Of a stretch of 64,000 nucleotides of DNA, positions 30,953-38,958 are shown piece after piece. The position numbers were made by a program, and so were the translations under genes. The notes under the pieces are model-generated. The model was not told the origin of the DNA. It did not search any database and saw only the letters and a program-made list of their open reading frames with translations. Origin of the DNA: Cyclobacteriaceae bacterium (GTDB lineage: Bacteria > Bacteroidota > Bacteroidia > Cytophagales > Cyclobacteriaceae); NCBI GenBank assembly GCA_016786585.1, contig JAEUUI010000022.1:7826-71825 (forward strand), given 5' to 3'. Each line of letters opens with the position of its first letter. Within the stretch, counting starts at the first letter, position 1.

Positions 30953-31071
30953 CAGATTTTAGAAATAGTCATTCCTTATTTGCCGAACGTATTGTATCGC
31001 AGATAAACCGGGATGGGAACAATTTGTTATTTTAGACGGCTGGTTTTCCCCGTAATGTTTCCCGTATTGCT

Positions 31072-31869
31072 ATGAGTGACGTTCCCCCTGATCGATCCGA
31101 TGCCAGATCAGCACTAAGATTCAAGCGTTGGAAGAAGTATGCGTTTGAATTCATCATGGTTTTCCTGGCTGTTTTTTTAGGATTTCTGGCAGAGAATGCT
31201 CGCGAGAATTTTGCTGAAAAACAACAAGCCCGCGAACTGGCGAAGAGTTTTTATGAAGAACTAAAAAGTGATTCCCTTGCTGTAGCGTCTAAAATCCAGG
31301 GCCGGCTCAAAAAGGAACATGCTATTGAGTACATGATCGGCTTCTTCCGCGACAGCAGCCTTACATCGTCCTCCAAACCACTATCCGTAAATTTCATTTG
31401 GGCCATTACGGCAAGAACGCCAATTATCTTCACGCCCCGGACGGTTGTTCTGGAGCAACTGAAAAGCTCAGGATCGCTCCGTTACTTCAGGAATAAGGAG
31501 CTTCGCGATTTGATCGGTGACTTGTCTGTTTCGATTGACTACATCAAAACAAGGCAGGACTATGAAAACTCTATTTTCGAAACGTACATGGAGCCCATTA
31601 TGACTAAGCATATGGACTTCAATTTTCAAAGCCAGCTATTCAAAGGTGAGCAGATTTTTGACCGCTTAGATGCGTATGAGTCAGGCAGTGAGTACATTCC
31701 TTTTCACCTATCGCAGGTTGAAAAATTAGACCGGCAAACGCTTATCAATGCGCTTGGGTATTATCATACGAACGGATTGAAATCTACGCGGCTTATTCCT
31801 TTTAAGAAATACGTTGAGGTTAATGCAGCCACACTAAGTGAATTGCGCAGGGAATTCAATTTGGAGTAA
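31072..31869 (+). CDS. Hypothetical single-pass membrane protein
   Basis: 265-aa ORF with one TM segment (FEFIMVFLAVFLGFLA). No recognisable motif. Confidence 0.55.
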   Translation: MSDVPPDRSDARSALRFKRWKKYAFEFIMVFLAVFLGFLAENARENFAEKQQARELAKSFYEELKSDSLAVASKIQGRLKKEHAIEYMIGFFRDSSLTSSSKPLSVNFIWAITARTPIIFTPRTVVLEQLKSSGSLRYFRNKELRDLIGDLSVSIDYIKTRQDYENSIFETYMEPIMTKHMDFNFQSQLFKGEQIFDRLDAYESGSEYIPFHLSQVEKLDRQTLINALGYYHTNGLKSTRLIPFKKYVEVNAATLSELRREFNLE

Positions 31870-31884
31870 CGACTGTCGGTTCTC

Positions 31885-32412
31885 CTAACGCTTAAACATG
31901 GGCAACGGCCTCAAAGGATGGTTGATAAAATTCTGCAAGGCGCGCCTCATTAAAAACCGGTGAAAACCTTTTGTTGGGAACTGGTTTATAAATTCTGTGA
32001 ATTGCCCTCGCAGAAGTTCGAATTTCAAGACACCCAAACTCAGGTCAATCCAGTCGGCTTTACGAAACACTTCAACAGTTGATTCGTACTGCCCGGTGTA
32101 TCGGCTCATCTTATGATGCATGTCAATCATCAATGAAACCTCAGGTATGAAATTAGTTTTCTGATGCTCGACCAGCCATGCAGTTGCGCGTGCAGCGGAT
32201 GGTTCCAGGTAGTCGAATGTGTTGTTCACCCAAATGCCGATGTCGTGAAACGCAGCCGCTACCGCATAGCGATCACGGTGTTCCGGGTTTGTGTCCAACA
32301 AAATACAAAGATGGTAAACGCGGTAAACGTGATTCCGATATTTATCAAAATCTTCTTTCAGTGAACTTCTGTATTCACTCAGAATCTGATGGATGAGAAC
32401 GTTTGTATCCAC
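31885..32412 (-). CDS. HD-domain phosphohydrolase-like protein
   Basis: 175 aa. H...HD signature (VYHLCILL...AAAFHDIG). Confidence 0.7.
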   Translation of the reverse strand: MDTNVLIHQILSEYRSSLKEDFDKYRNHVYRVYHLCILLDTNPEHRDRYAVAAAFHDIGIWVNNTFDYLEPSAARATAWLVEHQKTNFIPEVSLMIDMHHKMSRYTGQYESTVEVFRKADWIDLSLGVLKFELLRGQFTEFINQFPTKGFHRFLMRRALQNFINHPLRPLPMFKR

Positions 32413-32427
32413 ACATTTCTGAATGGA

Positions 32428-33801
32428 TTACATCTTTATGTCCATTACCTTTTTTGTTTTACGGCTTTCTTCTGCCATAAAGCCCATCACATGACTCTCA
32501 ATGGATTGATCGATGGTTGACGTCAGGAGAGCCGGATTGCGTTGCGCAACGGCCTGCACCCAGTTCCCAGCCAAACGCCAGTCGCCACCCCCATGACCGT
32601 CAGTTGTTTCTTTCCACTCTTCAGTTTTACCGCTTTTAAAATTGGTGATGGTGAATGAATTCATATCACCTACAATGTCACCATGACTACCCATTACGCG
32701 TGTTCTTCTGCCACCGTATGAAGTGAATGCTTCCATGCTGAAACTGGCGGTAACGTTGTCGTCAAACAAAATGTTGGTCACGTAATGATCGGGTTGGTCG
32801 TTATCCATCCGGTAAACGCAACGGCCGTAATTGGTTGTCTTGAGTTGTTCAAGAACATAAGCGGCTTGTTTGTCTTTATCTTCCGGTAAATCGAACACAT
32901 AGTTCCATGAACGTTTGCGATAGTAAATATCCAGCGCTGAATAAGGGCAGGAGCCTTCTACCGCGCACCCGTCCGTACAACGTTCTGTGCTGCCAGCCGG
33001 TGCATTCTTTTTTGTAAACCACGACAAGTCCCCAAATGCATGAATGCTTTTGCTTGGCTTCCCGATCATCCAGCGCAGGATGTCGAGATCGTGGCACGAC
33101 TTAGCAAGAATGATAGGAGTGGTTTGCTTGCTGTTGTGCCAATTTCCACGCACATACGAATGACTCATGTGGATGTGTTCAATCGGCTCCATATGCTGAA
33201 TACTAACTACCTCACCGATAGCTTTGCTTTGGATGAGCTCGCGCAGTTTCACAAAGTACGGAGCATACCGGAGTACGTGACACACGGCTACAATGCGGCC
33301 GGTTTTTTTAGCTAACGTGAGAATATCGCGGCACTCTTTTTCACTTGGCGAAATGGGCTTTTCGAGCAGTACATCGTATCCCATCTCCAGCGCCTTCATG
33401 CAGGGGCCATAGTGCAAATTATCAGGCGTTGTGATGATGATGGCATCGGCAAACTTTGGGCGTTTAAAAACATCTTCCCACGTAACAAAACGATTTTCAT
33501 CTTTGATGGCATGTTTGGCAGCATACCGTTCGTTACGAATAGTAATTGGCTCCGCTACGCCAACAATGTCGAGCTTATCCGGATAGGCCAGCGAGTAGCC
33601 TCCGTATACATTTCCCCGGTTTCCGGCTCCGCACACAATCGCGGTAACGGGCTTATCAAGTTTTTTGTAGTTCGTGTTTTCGGGTAACAGAATCGGGTTG
33701 CCATGTTCATCGCGGGCCTCTAACGAAGCGGGTATTGCGGTAACGGCAGCTGATAATCCGAGTAAGCGAAGCGCATCGCGCCGGGAGAATTTGTTTGACA
33801 T
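32428..33801 (-). CDS. Gfo/Idh/MocA-family NAD-dependent oxidoreductase with Tat signal
   Basis: 457 aa. N-terminus MSNKFSRRDALRLLGLSAAVTAIPA. Rossmann GAGNRGNVYG and the EKP motif LLEKPIS. Confidence 0.9.
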   Translation of the reverse strand: MSNKFSRRDALRLLGLSAAVTAIPASLEARDEHGNPILLPENTNYKKLDKPVTAIVCGAGNRGNVYGGYSLAYPDKLDIVGVAEPITIRNERYAAKHAIKDENRFVTWEDVFKRPKFADAIIITTPDNLHYGPCMKALEMGYDVLLEKPISPSEKECRDILTLAKKTGRIVAVCHVLRYAPYFVKLRELIQSKAIGEVVSIQHMEPIEHIHMSHSYVRGNWHNSKQTTPIILAKSCHDLDILRWMIGKPSKSIHAFGDLSWFTKKNAPAGSTERCTDGCAVEGSCPYSALDIYYRKRSWNYVFDLPEDKDKQAAYVLEQLKTTNYGRCVYRMDNDQPDHYVTNILFDDNVTASFSMEAFTSYGGRRTRVMGSHGDIVGDMNSFTITNFKSGKTEEWKETTDGHGGGDWRLAGNWVQAVAQRNPALLTSTIDQSIESHVMGFMAEESRKTKKVMDIKM

Positions 33802-33890
33802 ACGGTCTGGTTCAGAAAACCAAGCTACGAATTAGTGAAGGTGTATCCAAAAAATGCTGATGCAATGCCTATCTTTGGTATAACCCCACA

Positions 33891-34661
33891 ATGTCAGTAT
33901 TAAAATCACACACCGGCCAGCGTACGGTTTTCGTTCAGTCGAAAGGGTGCAGCAATGCTGTTTTCTTTCCGGTACTCGGAGTGATTGCTGTTTCGGGTTT
34001 TGTGATTCATTACTTTTATCCTGATTTAGGTTCAATGCCCTGGGGGCCTATCAAATTTGGCTGCTGGATAATAACGGGCTTTTTTCTGGTTGTGATCTTT
34101 ATCTCGCGCGGCATTCATAATTCCACACCCCACACATTTATTTTTGATCATGAACATGGAATGGTGATTCTGCAATCAGAATCCGCACAGGAAGAGGCAT
34201 ACATTGCATACAACGAAATTGAGAAGCTTGATATCTATGTCGATGAAAGGAAATCTGACGATAGCACAACCAACTATTTTTACGGGTATCTGCAAAAACG
34301 GGATGGAAGTCAGTGGTCTTTTGTCGATTCGTTGAATGACCAAACCGTTCGTCACGCACTTGACTTGCTGCGTGAAAAAATTACACCCGACCGACCGTTT
34401 ATGCCACCGGAAAAAGCCCGGGTGAGTAATAAAATAAAAAAGGAAGAAAGCAGAACCGCCTCTTTGCTGTATTGGACTAACCGTACGGGCATGCGGTCAG
34501 TTCAACTGGCTGTATACTCCATACTGTATACAGGTGTTTTTGGCTTTTGTCTTTATGTAATCTTTGATATAAGCGGAAGGTTTCCGCCAGAGGCGAAAAT
34601 TGCCTGCTTTTTTGCTACGGCAATATTTGGTACGCTGCTGGCTTTTTGCTGGTGCAAGTGA
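33891..34661 (+). CDS. Hypothetical membrane protein (2+2 TM with a central soluble domain)
   Basis: 256-aa ORF with no recognised motif. Its stop overlaps a possible GTG start of the next gene (GTGA at 34658-34661). Confidence 0.6.
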   Translation: MSVLKSHTGQRTVFVQSKGCSNAVFFPVLGVIAVSGFVIHYFYPDLGSMPWGPIKFGCWIITGFFLVVIFISRGIHNSTPHTFIFDHEHGMVILQSESAQEEAYIAYNEIEKLDIYVDERKSDDSTTNYFYGYLQKRDGSQWSFVDSLNDQTVRHALDLLREKITPDRPFMPPEKARVSNKIKKEESRTASLLYWTNRTGMRSVQLAVYSILYTGVFGFCLYVIFDISGRFPPEAKIACFFATAIFGTLLAFCWCK

Positions 34662-34984
34662 TTCGCAGAAATCTTAAAAATCTCTTCTTACGATTTGCAC
34701 TTTCCGTGAGTGAATCTGCCGTGGAGTACTTCGAGTTTAAGAAGGGAAGCGGTGAGCGTAAAGCAAGCGTATCAGTTGCTGTAGAGGATATCGTTGCAAT
34801 CCGGTACGGTTTTCAGGCATGGCAGAATTACAAAAAGCCATTGGAGATCATTAGCCGTCGGGACCCCGACACCGCCGTTGAGTTATACATGGACAGTCTC
34901 AGTCCCATCGAATGCCTGCAGGTAGAAAACTGGTTGCAGGAAACACTCGAAGCTAAAACCGGAAGAAAGTTAAGCGGGGTTTAG
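34646..34984 (+). CDS. Small hypothetical protein whose C-terminal 69 codons are duplicated 2.3 kb downstream
   Basis: 112-aa ORF. Start is TTG at 34646 or, more plausibly, GTG at 34658, which would be translationally coupled. The C-terminal sequence VAVEDIVAIRYGFQAW...KTGRKLSGV recurs at 37091-37300. Confidence 0.55.
   Translation: MLVQVIRRNLKNLFLRFALSVSESAVEYFEFKKGSGERKASVSVAVEDIVAIRYGFQAWQNYKKPLEIISRRDPDTAVELYMDSLSPIECLQVENWLQETLEAKTGRKLSGV
34775..34984 (+). repeat. Direct repeat copy 1 (210 bp, coding 3' end)
   Basis: Hand alignment against 37091-37300 shows equal length, no indels and 13 mismatches. Confidence 0.9.
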
Positions 34985-35231
34985 CATGGCGCTAACCTGC
35001 AGTATCAAGCTTACGATTTAGAATTTTTGATCGAATCATGGCGCACGGAAATAAAACACATTACAATGCGAATATTTGCTATCAAAGTCTGGTAAAATGA
35101 TTCAGAAATGAGACTACGAATCACATTGAACTAGAAACAGGTATAATAATGAATAGTTAATGTGGAAGCTTAGAATAGAGCTCCCACATTAAATAACGTG
35201 TGTTGAATAGGGCAAGAAATTTTCAGAAATT

Positions 35232-36905
35232 CTAAAAATGACTAATCAAAAGATCTATTTGAGAATCAGTAACTCCAGAAGGTTTATTCTGCTTAAGAAT
35301 CTCAGCAAGAGATGATAGTCCGTAGATATGTTTTAACATCTCGGTTTCAATTCCCGGAAGGGTGTAGCCACTCACCTGGTCATCGACCAAGCCTGTTCCA
35401 CGATCTGGGTAGTAGACATTCAACTGATTGATTTTATCGACTATATCAATATAGATTGAAGTGTATTTTTCAGAGCTTTTTTTAGTCCAATATTGGTATG
35501 CATATGAATTTGGCCTACCGGGAGGTGCAGTCGGAAAATAATCTTCTCTTCCGTAATTGAAAATTCCTCTTTCTCTGTATTCAATATTTGTTATGTACCA
35601 CTCAATAGCAGTTGCCCAACTCTCCTGCAATTGAGGAGAAACTTGCCAGTACTGAAGTACCGTGTTCATTTTTATGACGTGACTTGTATGACCGGTTTCG
35701 TGGGCGGTTGTTGAGAAGATTTCGTCCGAAAGAAATTCGGAATTAATGTCAAAGTATCTCCACACTTTGATAATGGGAACAACAACCCAGTTCGTGCCAC
35801 TGGAATTGCCAACACCATCGATCGCAACGTACACGGTTCGTCTCCGGGTGAAAAAAGGGCCAGCTGCCCACCTGAGTGGTCTTTGTAATCCTCCGATATC
35901 TTTGTAGTGATATCTAAAAGCCGATCTGAAAACGTGTCCCGCAAATCGTTGATAGCTGTTATTTAAATCGTAGTTCCAATCTCCAGAAAGTTTAGGACCG
36001 TTGACCCAAAATGTTGTATTTACGATGTTATGTCGTACCGAAAATCGAGTTTGCGCAAACCAAATAGAGTAATTGCATACTTTGCTAACAGAACGACTCA
36101 TGCGAAAATTACCATTAAAGTCTGTGAATGCCGACAATACCGTAAACCAACGCCTAGCCTGGACTCTAACACCCTCCATTCCAATCCACTGTTGCAGACG
36201 AGTGTCAAATATTCTGATGCGCCCACCCGGGGTAAATCTTCTTGAAGCGGTCGATGCTATGCAATCACCACTGTCAATTAGATCTTCGTTATTGCCTGTT
36301 TGAATATAGGCTTGATTTAATAACTTATCCACAAAGCAATCGTCTTTCCCTCCCTTGGTATAATTAAAAGCAGCATCTTCCTCTGGAATATAGAGTTCAT
36401 CCAGAATTTCATATTCAATGCTTTTTTGAAATACATAGTCCGCCTTAACTGCGCTGTACTGATAAGTTGGCACACTGTCGGGCAGGCTTGCGTCATGATA
36501 ATAATCACCATTTACAAGTATTGTACTTTCAATAGGTATGTCTGAAAATACCAAGGTTGAATCAGAGTGTAAGTTTTCATACTCATCCGAATCTTTGGGT
36601 TTAAATTTCACATAGTAATGAGTTGTGCGAACATTTGTGGATGAGTTAGGTTTCACCCCCATCTTTTCCAGGTATTGCCAGGCTGTTATCATGTTCTGAA
36701 CCGTGTAAGGATTTTGTTTATTTTTTCCTAACACAGTGTTAGTTGCCTCCATATAAGGCACGTCACTTTCTATTTTTGCCTGTAAGGTTGAACTTTTTAA
36801 ACCAGCCACATTGTCGTTTGTTAACTCGTCATCCTGACAGCCAACAAAAAGTAGAGTGAACACCGATAAACTCAATGACCACAATCGTAATTTTTTATTC
36901 TTCAT
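35232..36905 (-). CDS. Lipoprotein with HExxH zinc-metalloprotease motif, family not recognised
   Basis: 557 aa. Lipobox LLFVGC. A beta-sandwich-like segment GGRIRIFDTRLQQWIGMEGVRVQARRW. TAHETGHTSH lies near the C-terminal third. About one third G+C in the lines I counted. Confidence 0.75.
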   Translation of the reverse strand: MKNKKLRLWSLSLSVFTLLFVGCQDDELTNDNVAGLKSSTLQAKIESDVPYMEATNTVLGKNKQNPYTVQNMITAWQYLEKMGVKPNSSTNVRTTHYYVKFKPKDSDEYENLHSDSTLVFSDIPIESTILVNGDYYHDASLPDSVPTYQYSAVKADYVFQKSIEYEILDELYIPEEDAAFNYTKGGKDDCFVDKLLNQAYIQTGNNEDLIDSGDCIASTASRRFTPGGRIRIFDTRLQQWIGMEGVRVQARRWFTVLSAFTDFNGNFRMSRSVSKVCNYSIWFAQTRFSVRHNIVNTTFWVNGPKLSGDWNYDLNNSYQRFAGHVFRSAFRYHYKDIGGLQRPLRWAAGPFFTRRRTVYVAIDGVGNSSGTNWVVVPIIKVWRYFDINSEFLSDEIFSTTAHETGHTSHVIKMNTVLQYWQVSPQLQESWATAIEWYITNIEYRERGIFNYGREDYFPTAPPGRPNSYAYQYWTKKSSEKYTSIYIDIVDKINQLNVYYPDRGTGLVDDQVSGYTLPGIETEMLKHIYGLSSLAEILKQNKPSGVTDSQIDLLISHF

Positions 36906-36943
36906 AAGATTTGTGTTTTATGAAGCTACTTAGTGTAGTCAAT

Positions 36944-36963
36944 TTTTAATGCATGCATTAAAA
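36944..36963. promoter_or_regulatory. Perfect 20-bp palindrome TTTTAATGCATGCATTAAAA upstream of the HExxH lipoprotein gene (candidate operator)
   Basis: Read directly from the sequence. The centre lies between 36953 and 36954, about 40-60 nt upstream of the ATG at 36905 (minus strand). Confidence 0.3.
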
Positions 36964-37090
36964 TACCGCGATTTTTCTCGAGTAAGTTCTCAGTCATTTT
37001 TGTGCAAATAGTTATCTGAAGACAATGAGAACCTAAGGCATTATCTTGAAACAGGTTGATTTTTAACTCTCCTTTAGAGAATACAGAGGG

Positions 37091-37300
37091 GTTGCTGTGG
37101 AGGATATCGTTGCAATCCGGTATGGTTTTCAGGCATGGGAGAATTACAAAAAACCATTGGAGATCATTAGCCGTCGGGACCCCGATACCCCCGTTGAGTT
37201 GTACATGGACAGTCTCAGTCCCATTGAATGTCTGCAGGTAGAAAACTGGTTGCAGGAGACACTCGAAGCTAAAACCGGGAGAAAGTTAAGTGGGGTGTAG
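37091..37300 (+). repeat. Direct repeat copy 2 (210 bp)
   Basis: About 94% identical to 34775-34984 by hand count (13 differences in 210 nt). Confidence 0.9.
37097..37300 (+). pseudogene. 5'-truncated paralogous copy of the 34646-34984 gene (67 codons, GTG-initiated ORF retained)
   Basis: The translation MEDIVAIRYGFQAWENYKKPLEIISRRDPDTPVELYMDSLSPIECLQVENWLQETLEAKTGRKLSGV has only 2 residue changes against the full gene. It lacks the N-terminal 40 or so codons. Whether it is expressed is unknown. Confidence 0.5.
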
Positions 37301-37314
37301 TCAAAACAAGAAGT

Positions 37315-37599
37315 TCATTTATTTCCCGCTCTCCGTTTCGAGCATACGATTATTGTTCCTACCCCGAGCAGTAAAACGGCCGGAACAAATGCAAACCAGA
37401 ACTCTCCCGAGCCGATGTCTGTGGTAAAAAATGCAATGAGCAGGAGGATGATTCCAAAAAAGAACCAGACTTTTTTTCTATTGCTTTTGTAAAGAGCTTT
37501 ATACTGATAGTCAAGAAGTTCTTTTTCAGTTTTATTCATTGAAATCAGGACTTTTATCATTTCATGGTTCACTAAAATTAGACTTTTCCCATGTACCAT
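37315..37599 (-). CDS. Small two-TM membrane protein, hypothetical
   Basis: 94-aa ORF; a more likely start is the internal MNKTEKELL at about 37539. Two hydrophobic helices. No motif. Confidence 0.45.
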   Translation of the reverse strand: MVHGKSLILVNHEMIKVLISMNKTEKELLDYQYKALYKSNRKKVWFFFGIILLLIAFFTTDIGSGEFWFAFVPAVLLLGVGTIIVCSKRRAGNK

Positions 37600-37710
37600 T
37601 CTTAGTTCCAGTGGCCTGCCTTCATATATGACAGGAGTTACAAACGGAAGTTTGCGAAATTTGAACCCGCTGAATCACATCGCCTCCACAAGTTATCAGG
37701 CTAATTATGT

Positions 37711-37941
37711 GATGTTGTTAAAATTCGCAACACGCAAACAACTATCAGCAAGCACATAGCAATTATCTGCATCGCGATTGAAATTATCAGCAAGGACTAT
37801 TAAATAATCTGCAATACAATAATTAACTATAGCAACGCCAGTGAAAATATCGGCAACGGGGTTGTTAAATTCTGCAACGGTTGTGTCAATTTCTGCAACG
37901 ACACTGTAAATATCTGCAACACTTTTGCTAATTATTGCAAG
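37711..37941. repeat. Array of 11 tandem 21-bp units with a conserved 3' half (A/T-rich, then ATCTGCAAC-like) and a variable 5' half
   Basis: GCAA(C/G/T)/GCATC cores start at 37727, 37748, 37769, 37790, 37811, 37832, 37853, 37874, 37895, 37916 and 37937. That is exactly 21 bp apart, eleven times, and the region is non-coding. Confidence 0.9.
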
Positions 37942-38070
37942 CGGGAAGGGGAGATTTCGCGTTTGGGAGGGGTTTTTGGACCTTCCTAAAAATACTTGAC
38001 ACTTTTGGGGCTGTTTACTAGAAGTGGTTTACAGGGCTAGCGGTTATTCCTGATTCAATATCAGCTGTGA

Positions 38071-38130
38071 CCAAACGTGATTTGAAATCAACTAAACTGC
38101 AAAGTTACACCGAATCCAGCCATTGATTAT
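38071..38130 (-). repeat. Reiterated intergenic module, copy X (contains TAACTTTG -7 box on the minus strand at 38100-38107)
   Basis: About 84% identical by hand alignment (51/61 columns) to 39856-39916. It lies immediately 3' of the 38155-38790 gene. Confidence 0.7.
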
Positions 38131-38154
38131 GGGCATTGCTGCGCGCTGGTTTTT

Positions 38155-38790
38155 TTAACTGGTCGTGTAATAAGTAATCAATAATTCATTACCGCGTCTC
38201 CACTTAATCCAGCCACTCTTTATTTCAGTTTTATTTTGCCCTTCGTCACAATAGTTGGTCGTGAAAATTTCAATCCAGTCTCCTTTTAGAGATTTTACTT
38301 GAAAACAATCTCGTCCTTCATATTTTATTTCTTCAGCCGTATCAGCAGGTTGTATTCTTATCTTTTGTTTATGCTCAGCAAGCCTGTCTACCGCGAACAT
38401 TTGTTTAAGGTACTCTTCCCAGGTCAAGAGTTTTGTCGTCTTATTCTTTTTAATCCAGTAAGTCTGTCCGTTGTCGTTGTTCACAATAAGTTCTAACCAT
38501 TCACCATTTGTCGATTTACACCTGAAGTTAACTTGTGAATAGTCCAGCCATAGTAATTCTGGTTTTAACCAAGTCTGTTCAGTTTTCAGATTCTTTATGT
38601 TCCAACTGTTTATCGCTTTGTCGTCAAAGAACTCAATTCTCTTTGAGTACACCGTGTCAGCCGGCTTAGTGTAAAAGTCGATTATTGTCTTGTCGTCAAA
38701 TTCTATTTTTACAATCCCTGTCCCAAGTGTCACTTGCCCGTGCGTCTGGGTTAGAATTGTCATTAATAGCATGGTGGTCCAAATTCTCAT
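38155..38790 (-). CDS. Hypothetical secreted protein
   Basis: 211 aa with signal peptide MRIWTTMLLMTILTQTHGQ. W/K/E-rich with no motif. AT-rich. Confidence 0.65.
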   Translation of the reverse strand: MRIWTTMLLMTILTQTHGQVTLGTGIVKIEFDDKTIIDFYTKPADTVYSKRIEFFDDKAINSWNIKNLKTEQTWLKPELLWLDYSQVNFRCKSTNGEWLELIVNNDNGQTYWIKKNKTTKLLTWEEYLKQMFAVDRLAEHKQKIRIQPADTAEEIKYEGRDCFQVKSLKGDWIEIFTTNYCDEGQNKTEIKSGWIKWRRGNELLITYYTTS

Positions 38791-38854
38791 AAGAAACTTG
38801 TGTACAACATTAGGCTAGAAGCCGTTGCCGGAATGTTTGGCGTTACTAAGTCGG

Positions 38855-38947
38855 AACTGTTCCACGTGACCTAGCGTGAACCGAAGATACAAATTAAAAT
38901 TAGTTGAAAACCCGGCAATGACTTTAGCCAGCGCCGTGGGCTGCGGC
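38855..38947 (-). repeat. Reiterated intergenic module, diverged copy Z
   Basis: Shares blocks with copies X and Y: CTGTTCCACGTGACC, and GAAAACCCGGCAATGACTTTA against GAACCCCGCCATTGATTATG. It is more diverged, and the alignment was done by eye. Confidence 0.45.
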
Positions 38948-38958
38948 CTACTCCGAAA

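Noticed and set aside
35159-35190. Hairpin AATGTGGAAGCT/AGCTCCCACATT as terminator of the HExxH lipoprotein gene
   Set aside because: The stem has an internal mismatch and is not followed by a clear T-run on the minus strand. It is a possible but weak terminator, so I did not list it as a feature.
36325-36333. Perfect DnaA-box consensus TTATCCACA
   Set aside because: It is a single occurrence inside a coding region. One such 9-mer is roughly what chance predicts in 128 kb of two-strand sequence. There is no cluster and no AT-rich unwinding element next to it.
37711-37941. The 21-bp repeat array as a CRISPR array
   Set aside because: The period is only 21 bp, with a conserved part of about 13 nt and a variable part of about 8 nt. 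That is far below CRISPR repeat and spacer sizes. No cas genes are present in the window.
37711-37941. The 21-bp array as a coding heptad-repeat peptide
   Set aside because: The frame giving ...ILQRLCQFLQRHCKYLQHFC is bounded by TAA stops after about 3 units. No ORF of 60 aa or more is listed here on either strand.
38791-38958. Intergenic modules as integron attC sites
   Set aside because: The terminal inverted repeats look like TAGGC...GCCTA(A/T). That is the reverse polarity of the canonical R'' RYYYAAC ... R' GTTRRRY arrangement. No intI gene is visible. I kept it only as something to test with HattCI.
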